Of a DNA stretch of 32,000 nt, positions 20,160 to 26,408 are shown piece by piece. The notes beneath the pieces are model-generated. The model saw only the letters and a program-made list of their open reading frames with translations, made no database searches and was not told the origin of the DNA. Position 1 is the stretch's first letter, and each line of letters opens with the position of its first letter. This DNA is from Opitutia bacterium KCR 482. Lineage in GTDB: Bacteria; Verrucomicrobiota; Verrucomicrobiia; Opitutales; Intestinicryptomonadaceae. Both the position numbers and the translations under genes were made by a program. Location: assembly GCA_029269845.2 (NCBI GenBank), contig CP149973.1, positions 540,001 to 572,000 of the forward strand. The letters are read 5' to 3'.

Positions 20160-20187
20160 CGCGGGGCAAACAACCCCGCGTTTTTTT
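20160..20187 (+). terminator. Rho-independent terminator of ppdK
   Basis: Stem CGCGGGG/CCCCGCG with loop CAAACAA, followed by TTTTTTT (20181-20187). Confidence 0.8.
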
Positions 20188-20296
20188 ATTTCATTTTCCC
20201 CTCAAATGCGTGGACTTTGAAAGCATAAAAAACATAAGCAACACCCCCGCAACACGCGAAGCCGTCGCACGCGAACGCCGAAATTACCGAAACAAG

Positions 20297-20327
20297 AAGC
20301 CCGCAACTCGTGAAGAATTGCGGGCTT
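20297..20327 (-). terminator. Hairpin terminator downstream of the tRNA
   Basis: 10-bp perfect stem AAGCCCGCAA/TTGCGGGCTT with an 11-nt loop, starting 5 nt after the tRNA 3' end. On the minus strand it is followed by CTTGTTT, a weak U-tract. Confidence 0.5.
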
Positions 20328-20332
20328 TGAAA

Positions 20333-20407
<75 letters not shown>

Positions 20408-20424
20408 GATTTTTAAAGCCTTGT

Positions 20425-20452
20425 AATGTACGAATCCGCGCGGGTAAGTCAA
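20425..20452 (-). promoter_or_regulatory. Candidate sigma70-type promoter for the tRNA
   Basis: On the minus strand: TTGACT (20452-20447), 16-nt spacer, TACATT (20430-20425). An A/T-rich UP-like tract lies upstream, and the tRNA 5' end is 18 nt downstream of the -10. Confidence 0.45.
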
Positions 20453-20643
20453 GACATATTTCCTCTTTTTTCTTAAAAAATTTTTGCGGATTCTCTCGCA
20501 AAGCGCACAAGTCGATTCTGCGCCCAAACGTCGTCGGCTTTCGGCGGTCGGCGCGTTTTGCGCATGCGCCGTTTTGCGGAATTCTCAGAGCAAACTCAAA
20601 TCGGCGAACGACGCGATTTCTATTCCGCGACAAAAGGCGGAGA

Positions 20644-20680
20644 CAAAAAAAACCTTTCGGGGAAATTCCGAAAGGTTTTT
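20644..20680 (-). terminator. Rho-independent terminator of rplU-rpmA
   Basis: Stem AAAACCTTTCGG/CCGAAAGGTTTT (12 bp), followed on the minus strand by a T8 run. It starts 18 nt after the rpmA stop. Confidence 0.7.
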
Positions 20681-20697
20681 GAAAGATTAAAACGGCG

Positions 20698-20946
20698 TTA
20701 TTCGGAAACAACGACCGACACCTTGCGGTGCGCACCGTCCCACTTTACGATACCGTCTTTGAGCGCGAACAGCGTGTAGTCTTTGCCTATGCCGACGTTT
20801 TCGCCGGGGTGAACCTTAGTGCCGCACTGGCGCATGATGATGTTGCCCGCCAAAACAAATTCGTCGCCGAATTTCTTTACGCCGAGACGCTGCGCGTGCG
20901 AATCGCGTCCGTTTTTCGCGCTACCCTGACCTTTTTTATGTGCCAT
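20698..20946 (-). CDS. rpmA: 50S ribosomal protein L27
   Basis: 82 aa, [24 protein letters not shown]..., a canonical L27 N-terminus. Confidence 0.97.
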   Translation of the reverse strand: MAHKKGQGSAKNGRDSHAQRLGVKKFGDEFVLAGNIIMRQCGTKVHPGENVGIGKDYTLFALKDGIVKWDGAHRKVSVVVSE

Positions 20947-20962
20947 AAATTAGTGCCCTTTC

Positions 20963-21277
20963 TTATGCTTTTACGGATTCGACCTTAACCACCGAAAGCT
21001 CCTGACGGTGACCCTGCTTGCGCTGGTAACCCTTTCTGCGCTTTTTCTTGATGATTACAACCTTTTTGCCGCGCTTGTTTTCGAGGATTTTTACGGAAAC
21101 GCTCGCGCCGTCGATGTAAGGCGAACCGAACTTGACGCCATCGCCTTCGCCGGCCATGAGAACTTCCTTGATTTCTACTGTGTCGCCCGCTTTGGAATTA
21201 ACGAAACGGTTGACAAAAAGTATGTCTCCTTCGCTGACGGTGACCTGTTTTCCCTGTATTTTGATTGTCGCTTTCAT
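20963..21277 (-). CDS. rplU: 50S ribosomal protein L21
   Basis: 104 aa with a typical L21 sequence (KQVTVSEGD...[16 protein letters not shown]), immediately upstream of rpmA. Confidence 0.95.
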   Translation of the reverse strand: MKATIKIQGKQVTVSEGDILFVNRFVNSKAGDTVEIKEVLMAGEGDGVKFGSPYIDGASVSVKILENKRGKKVVIIKKKRRKGYQRKQGHRQELSVVKVESVKA

Positions 21278-21305
21278 TGTCTTATTAAAATATCAAATGG
21301 TTGAA

Positions 21306-21334
21306 ATTAAATGGTCTATCCTCTCGCGGGGCAA
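21306..21334 (-). promoter_or_regulatory. Candidate promoter for rplU-rpmA
   Basis: On the minus strand: TTGCCC (21334-21329), 17-nt spacer, TTTAAT (21311-21306), about 30 nt upstream of the rplU ATG. Motif match only. Confidence 0.3.
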
Positions 21335-21427
21335 GACTTTTTTGACCACTTTTCCCTTTTTGAATAAATAAAGAAGTTATCAAAGTACCCCCTCTTTAAA
21401 AAAAATCAAGCTTCTTTTTTGACAAAT

Positions 21428-21521
21428 GCAGGCTGGCAGCCTGCACGGCGTCGGAGCCGCGGACGCAAGGTGCGCCTCCCTACGGAGCTTCGGCAGGCTG
21501 CAGCCTGCACGGCGTCGGAGC
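21428..21521. repeat. Pair of 29/30-nt direct repeats, each containing an internal palindrome
   Basis: GCAGGCTGGCAGCCTGCACGGCGTCGGAGC (21428-21457) and GCAGGCTGCAGCCTGCACGGCGTCGGAGC (21493-21521). They are identical apart from a 1-nt indel and lie 65 nt apart start to start. Confidence 0.8.
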
Positions 21522-21544
21522 TTCGCTCCTTTCGGTGGTTATGC

Positions 21545-21570
21545 GCGGCAAGTATACTTGCCGCTTTTCT
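21545..21570 (+). terminator. Plus-strand terminator-like hairpin with no upstream plus-strand CDS
   Basis: Perfect 20-nt palindrome GCGGCAAGTATACTTGCCGC (21545-21564) followed by TTTT on the plus strand only. Confidence 0.5.
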
Positions 21571-21660
21571 CAGTTAGTTCGTATTGGCTTCGCCAATTAC
21601 TGGCATTGAAAAATCTTTTTGCTTTGCGAGAAACAAATTAAAATAGACGCGCTTCGCGCG

Positions 21661-21700
21661 AAAAAAAAAGCGGAAACCCGCAAACATGGATTCTCCGCTT
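21661..21700 (-). terminator. Minus-strand rho-independent terminator inside the long intergenic region
   Basis: On the minus strand: AAGCGGA...TCCGCTT (or the inner GCGG/CCGC) hairpin followed by a T9 run (complement of A9 at 21661-21669). A second CGCGC-GAA-GCGCG hairpin with a T-rich tail follows immediately. Confidence 0.6.
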
Positions 21701-21706
21701 ACCAAT

Positions 21707-22023
21707 CAACTCCACTTTTATCCCAACGCACTCTAAAAATCTTCGTGCGCCAGCACTGTAATTTTAGGGGCGTCAAAATGCCCCTATAAGAGTGGCTTTC
21801 CTGTATGCGCAGGGCGCGTGGCGTACGCGGCTATCCCTACGCTACGGTAGCTGGCGAAACGCCCCACCCAACTTTTATCCCAAAACAACCTAAAAAACTT
21901 CGTGCGCAAGCACTCACTATTTAGGCGCGTTAGAGTGCCGTTCAGACGGTGGCTTTCCCGCGATTGCGGGGTGCGTGGCGTACTTGGCGTACGCGAGCAG
22001 TCCGCAAGTGCGGGGAAACGCCG
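21707..22023. repeat. Tandem duplication of a roughly 157-nt structured non-coding unit (2 copies; candidate ncRNA)
   Basis: Shared blocks recur at a constant 157-nt offset: CTTTTATCCCA (21715/21872), CTTCGTGCGC (21741/21898), GTGGCTTTCC (21792/21949), GCGTGGCGTAC (21816/21973). GAAACGCC recurs at 21856/22015. Sequence between the blocks diverges but keeps hairpin potential. Confidence 0.75.
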
Positions 22024-22045
22024 TATCAACGGTGCTATAACGCGC

Positions 22046-22519
22046 CTACTCGAAGGCGGCAATTCCAGTGGGCGCATTCGATTTTATGCGGATTACGCTG
22101 AATACCGTGCCGTTTTCCGTTACGATTTTTTCGGACACAACCGAGCCGTCCTCCGACGGCAATACCGATTTTGCGATTTTTTCGTCGTGCGCCGGCATGG
22201 TGTCGACCGCAAGCTTCATCAGAGCTGCGCAGACAATCATCAGCGCCGCAACCGCCGACCATTCCAGCGCCGCGCGGACGCGGGAAGTTTTCTTTGCGGC
22301 GAAAAACGGCGAGCTTACGCCGTCGAGCGGAGCAAAAACCGCCTTTTTGCCGTAGATGGAGCACATTGCGGCATGGAGACGGCAGGACTTGTGGAAAATG
22401 TCCGCCATGCGGGGGTCGTCGCGGACGCATTTTGCGAGCAGTTCGATTTCGGCGGGAGTCGCCTCACCGTCGAGATACGACGAAACGAGTTCGTCGAATC
22501 TACCCCGCGAAATTTTCAT
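22046..22519 (-). CDS. Anti-sigma factor (single-pass membrane)
   Basis: 157 aa. Its start overlaps the sigma gene stop by 1 nt (TAATG). The N-terminus LVSSYLDGEATPAEIELLAKCVRDDPRMADIF is typical of ECF anti-sigma N-terminal domains. TM helix ALEWSAVAALMIVCAALMKLAV. Confidence 0.75.
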   Translation of the reverse strand: MKISRGRFDELVSSYLDGEATPAEIELLAKCVRDDPRMADIFHKSCRLHAAMCSIYGKKAVFAPLDGVSSPFFAAKKTSRVRAALEWSAVAALMIVCAALMKLAVDTMPAHDEKIAKSVLPSEDGSVVSEKIVTENGTVFSVIRIKSNAPTGIAAFE

Positions 22520-23115
22520 TACTTTAATTTTTCAAGTTCCTCGCGCAGATACTCGCGGGCTCTCGACAGGCGGCTCTTGACCGTGCCGACGCTCAGCCCC
22601 AGTCTGGACGCGATTTCCTCGTAGCTCAAATCCTCGGCATTGCGCAGTTTGAGAACCTCTCCGTATTTTTGAGGAAGGGCGTCAATCGCCTTGGGAAGAA
22701 GCTCGGAAAACTCGGTGAAAGCGGCGGTTTCGGCGGGGTTCTGTTCTTCGCCCTCGATGAGGTCGCAAACAGTCATGTCGCCGTCGTCGCCGACGGGAGT
22801 GTCGAGCGAAATCGACTCGCCGCGTTTGCGCCGCCACCAGTACCAGTGCTTGTTGTGGGCGAGATTTGTGGCGATATGGTAGAGCCAAGTGGAAATGGAG
22901 CAGTCTCCCCTGAAATTGCCTATGCTTTTGCGGGCGCGGATAAATGTGTCCTGCGCGACCTCCTCGGCGTCCTGCCGATTGTCGAGCAGACTGTTGGCGC
23001 GGTTGTAGATTTTATCCCAGTGGGAGTTGACCAACTCTCCGAACGCAACGTCGTCTCCGCCCTTCAAACGTTCGAGGAGGTTGTCGGAACAAGTAGATTC
23101 GGTTGTTTTTGCCAT
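22519..23115 (-). CDS. ECF-type RNA polymerase sigma-70 family factor
   Basis: 198 aa. Region 2 (DAEEVAQDTFIRARKSIGNFRG...STWLYHIATN) and region 4 HTH (LSYEEIASRLGLSVGTVKSRLSRAR). Confidence 0.9.
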   Translation of the reverse strand: MAKTTESTCSDNLLERLKGGDDVAFGELVNSHWDKIYNRANSLLDNRQDAEEVAQDTFIRARKSIGNFRGDCSISTWLYHIATNLAHNKHWYWWRRKRGESISLDTPVGDDGDMTVCDLIEGEEQNPAETAAFTEFSELLPKAIDALPQKYGEVLKLRNAEDLSYEEIASRLGLSVGTVKSRLSRAREYLREELEKLK

Positions 23116-23140
23116 AGATGCTGAATAGTCTTTGTATATT

Positions 23141-23168
23141 ATAGACGCGCAGACGGCGGAAACGTTTC
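23141..23168 (-). promoter_or_regulatory. ECF-type autoregulatory promoter candidate
   Basis: On the minus strand: TGAAAC (23168-23163), 16 nt, CGTCTA (23146-23141), about 25 nt upstream of the sigma ATG. This matches the general ECF pattern GAAC-N16/17-CGTC. The -35 lies within the palindrome GAAACGTTTC. Confidence 0.4.
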
Positions 23169-23314
23169 AAAAAAACTTGAATTTTCGCAACGAGCCGCGC
23201 GCGAAACGCGCCGTTATCGGGATAATCGTACTTTCCCGCGCGGACTCAACTTTTTTTTTCGAAAAAAAACTCCGACCGACCGACAAGCCGAAACGCGCCG
23301 AAAAACGCCAAAAA

Positions 23315-25090
23315 ATGGTTGCCAAAAGGGAGACATCAATTAAGAATACGATAAAAGAATATATGTTTGGATTTGGACTACACAAAAAAAACCGCCGCAA
23401 ACTCGCGCTGATAGACTGCGCGGACGCGTCGGTAAGCGAAACATCGCACTTCCCCGCCACGCTCGGAGGCTCCAACGACCCGCTGAAAACGGGCTTTCCC
23501 TTCCCGTTTCTCGAAGTCTCCGAAACGAAGGGCGGAAAACTTCTGCTCACGCCGACCGACCCCACCGCCGACGTGAAAATCAACGGCACCAAAATCTCCG
23601 AACCCGTGGAGCTTTCGGGAGCTGCTACAATGCAGCTCGGCGAGCGCCTCTTCTACCTTTCCGACGACCCCAAAACCATCGAAAAGGCGCGGAACATGGA
23701 CGTCTCGAAATGGCTTGTCTTCTACGCCGAAACGGGGCGGATAGAAGACGAAGTGCCGTTCGCGCGGCTGAAACAGTCGGTGCTCGGACGCGGGCTTAGC
23801 GGCGCGGGAATAGCAATCTGCCCGAAGGGCTTTGAGCTTGGCTTCATGTTCTCTTCGGTGTTCGGCGACGGCTCGGATTCCGACGCGACAGTGCCGATTC
23901 TCTCGGAAAATTCGGAGGCAATAACGTGCCCGCTCTGCTGGCTGAAATTCGACGTCGGCGACGCCATGAGCATAGCGGTTCACGAGAGCCTGCGCGGAGA
24001 TCCCGTGCTTGGGCAGGACGAAATGCTGCGCTTTCTGCCGACATCTTTCACGGAGGACGGCGTGGCAATCGACCCCGCGGGAATGCCCGCCCCCGACGTC
24101 GCATGCCCGCACTGCCGCAGAAAGCTTCCGCCGAACTACCTTGAACTCGACCGCCGCATATTCTCGATAGTGGGCGCGCCGAGCGCGGGGAAGTCGTACT
24201 ACCTGAGCGCGCTAATAAGCATGCTGCAAGGCTCGCTCTACAAAAATTTCGGCATTGTGCTCAAAGACCTCGACCCGTCGGGAAACATGCTGCTTACGCA
24301 AATGAAAAACAGCCTGTTTTCGGCAAAACGCCCCGAAGACGCGATTCTCGCAAAAACCGCGCTCGAAGGGAAGATGTACGAACGCTACCCGCGCTTCGGA
24401 AAAATAGTCGCGCTGCCCAAACCCATGACGTACTCGCTCTCGCGCGACGGCGCGGAGGGAACTTCGATAATTTTCTACGACAACGCGGGCGAACACTTCG
24501 AACCGGGGCTTGACATAGAGGAGTCGCCTGGGGCAATGCACGTGGCAAGCTCGTCGGGAATATTCTTCCTTTTCGACCCCGCCGCAAACCGCAACTTCAA
24601 GGCGGCTCTCGGCGACTATCCCGACCCGCAGCTTTCAATCGACGGACGGCTCGACCAGCAGGACACCATTTTGTCGGAAATGGAAATCCGCATAAAAAGA
24701 ATACTCGCGATTGAGCCTCTGAAAAAAATAGACACGCCGCTTGCGATTCTCATCGGCAAGTGCGACATGTGGAAACACCTGCTGAAAACGCCGCTCGCGG
24801 AGCCGATTTCCGACGGGAGGCTCGACCTCGCCGCGGTTGACTCCAACAGCGGAATTTTGCGCGACTTCCTCGCGGAAATAGACCCCACGATTCCAGCAAG
24901 CGCGGAGTCGATTTCAAGCAACATAAGGTATTTCGCCGTAAGCGCGCTGGGGCACTCGCCGCAAATGCTTCTCGACGGCGAATGCGCGGGGAAAATCGCG
25001 CCGATTCCCTCGAAAATCAAGCCGATAGACGCGGAAATTCCCGCAATCTGGCTGCTGTCGCAATCGACAAAACTCATTCCGACAAAATAG
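23315..25090 (+). CDS. FHA-like / split Zn-ribbon / P-loop GTPase fusion protein (uncharacterised)
   Basis: 591 aa from ATG 23315 (alternative ATG 23363; the track start 23132 is a TTG extension). G1 GAPSAGKS (24173-24196), G3 DNAGE (24479-24493), G4 GKCD (24755-24766), G5 SAL. Cysteine pairs CPLC...CPHC lie at 23927-24115. An FHA-like segment lies at about 23402-23665. Confidence 0.8.
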   Translation: MVAKRETSIKNTIKEYMFGFGLHKKNRRKLALIDCADASVSETSHFPATLGGSNDPLKTGFPFPFLEVSETKGGKLLLTPTDPTADVKINGTKISEPVELSGAATMQLGERLFYLSDDPKTIEKARNMDVSKWLVFYAETGRIEDEVPFARLKQSVLGRGLSGAGIAICPKGFELGFMFSSVFGDGSDSDATVPILSENSEAITCPLCWLKFDVGDAMSIAVHESLRGDPVLGQDEMLRFLPTSFTEDGVAIDPAGMPAPDVACPHCRRKLPPNYLELDRRIFSIVGAPSAGKSYYLSALISMLQGSLYKNFGIVLKDLDPSGNMLLTQMKNSLFSAKRPEDAILAKTALEGKMYERYPRFGKIVALPKPMTYSLSRDGAEGTSIIFYDNAGEHFEPGLDIEESPGAMHVASSSGIFFLFDPAANRNFKAALGDYPDPQLSIDGRLDQQDTILSEMEIRIKRILAIEPLKKIDTPLAILIGKCDMWKHLLKTPLAEPISDGRLDLAAVDSNSGILRDFLAEIDPTIPASAESISSNIRYFAVSALGHSPQMLLDGECAGKIAPIPSKIKPIDAEIPAIWLLSQSTKLIPTK

Positions 25091-25094
25091 CGAA

Positions 25095-26408
25095 ATGGCA
25101 TACCAACTCATTTACACAAGCGCGCCGGCGTCGCTCACACTGGGCAGAACGGGTTTTTCGACCGTCGCCCGCACGCGCGACATGCCCGAAAAACTCGCCG
25201 CCGCCGTCGAAAGGTGCGGAGTCTACGAAATAGGCTCCGGCGAAGTGTTCTCGCACAAAACCCTGCAATACGGCGGACAGACATGGCATATCCTCACGCG
25301 CATGCGCGACGCGGGGACGGACTACACAAACAGAAACAACTACGTCGCCCACCACATCGCGATTCCGCAAAGCGACATCGGCGGACTCGCAAATCCCGCC
25401 GAAATTCTGGCGCAGTGGAGCGGCTGGGTGTCGAAATGGAGCGGCGACCCGCGCTACGTCGGCGAAGTTTTCGGGCTTGAAAACATCAAGGCTAAAAACT
25501 CCCTGCCCGCAAAAAACTGGGAAAAATATTTCGGCAACCCCGCAAAGGCCGCGCTGCTTTCGAACTGCCCCGCGCAGATTTCGGCGTCGCCCGACGACGC
25601 GCGGACGCTGCTCGACCTCTTCTCCGAAAGCCTGCTGCTCAACGCCAACCCCGCCGACGCGTGGGACATCACGTTCACGACGTCGATGGCGTCGGGGGAA
25701 AACCCGAACGCGTTTCTCTGGAAGACCGACACGTCGGGAAACGCCGCGGCGATAAACCTTTCCGCAAAAACCGCGCCCGCCGCGCCCGACAATCGCGCCG
25801 CGAAATACGCGCTCACGGGCGAAAAAAACAACCGCGAACGCTACAATCTGAAAGTCGGCGCGCCGAAGGCGGTAGTCCGCTACGATGTGGTGGAAACGCA
25901 AAAGGGCGGCTCGAAAAACGCGCCAATCTACGGAATTTCGGCGGCGATAACGATTGGGGCAATCGCGGCGGCGGCGTTTGCGCTCATGCCCGAACGCGAA
26001 AAAACGCGCAGTTCCGACACAGAACAGCGCGAACTTCCCGTGCTTGCAAGCGCAGCCGAAACGCCGACAGGCGCGGAGGAAGAACCCGCAAAAAAGTCGC
26101 TCGCCCAGACGGCGGGGGAAGTGAGGGAAAAAATCGCCTCCGACGACTTTGCGGGGGCTTTGGAAATCTGGAAAAATTCGGGCTACTCCGAAAAAAACCC
26201 GTCGCTTGAACGCGACATTTTGGAGGACATCGGAACGCGGGCGGACTCCCTCATGCGCCGCGCCGAAAACCTGCTGACCGTCGGAACTCCGCAGACCCGC
26301 GCCGACGCCGCAAAACTGCTCGCCGCCGCGCGGCTTGCCCTCGACATTCCCGACATTCCCAAGCGCGAAACGCGCGAAACAAAATGGAAGGCTTTGAAAC
26401 AAAAATGA
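25095..26408 (+). CDS. Single-pass membrane protein with a GAP1-N2-like (GTPase-associated protein 1) N-terminal domain
   Basis: 437 aa starting 4 nt after the GTPase stop. N-terminus MAYQLIYTSAPASLTLGRTGFSTVARTRDMP...GTDYTNRNNYVAHHIAIP. TM helix at aa 277-299 (25923-25991), then a helical C-terminal tail. Confidence 0.75.
   Translation: MAYQLIYTSAPASLTLGRTGFSTVARTRDMPEKLAAAVERCGVYEIGSGEVFSHKTLQYGGQTWHILTRMRDAGTDYTNRNNYVAHHIAIPQSDIGGLANPAEILAQWSGWVSKWSGDPRYVGEVFGLENIKAKNSLPAKNWEKYFGNPAKAALLSNCPAQISASPDDARTLLDLFSESLLLNANPADAWDITFTTSMASGENPNAFLWKTDTSGNAAAINLSAKTAPAAPDNRAAKYALTGEKNNRERYNLKVGAPKAVVRYDVVETQKGGSKNAPIYGISAAITIGAIAAAAFALMPEREKTRSSDTEQRELPVLASAAETPTGAEEEPAKKSLAQTAGEVREKIASDDFAGALEIWKNSGYSEKNPSLERDILEDIGTRADSLMRRAENLLTVGTPQTRADAAKLLAAARLALDIPDIPKRETRETKWKALKQK

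Noticed and set aside
21458-21492. GGACGCAAGG resembles the GGACGCAAAGCC segment of c-di-GMP-I (GEMM) riboswitches.
   Set aside because: The partner GGCAAACC element and the P1/P2 architecture are absent, and no plus-strand gene lies downstream to regulate.
21428-21521. Possible minimal CRISPR array (29-30-nt repeat, 35-nt spacer, 65-nt period).
   Set aside because: There are only two copies and they differ by an indel. No cas genes occur in 32 kb, and part of the spacer-flanking sequence (CGGAGCTTCG) is itself repeated. This fits a structured RNA or local duplication better.
21784-22624. Track ORFs 21784..22077(-) and 21902..22624(+) inside or spanning the long intergenic region.
   Set aside because: Both run through the tandem repeat units and hairpins. 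The second is antisense to the well-supported anti-sigma gene. Their compositions are Arg/Pro-rich with no motifs.
23132-23314. TTG- or GTG-initiated 5' extensions in the ORF track (23132 for the GTPase gene; likewise 17165, 5581, 13308, 7105, 15862, 26384 and 29588).
   Set aside because: The extensions overlap promoter or intergenic sequence or the preceding gene, and they encode atypical N-termini. In-frame ATG (or GTG for nadK) starts downstream give N-termini matching family expectations or ATGA coupling. Start sites remain predictions.
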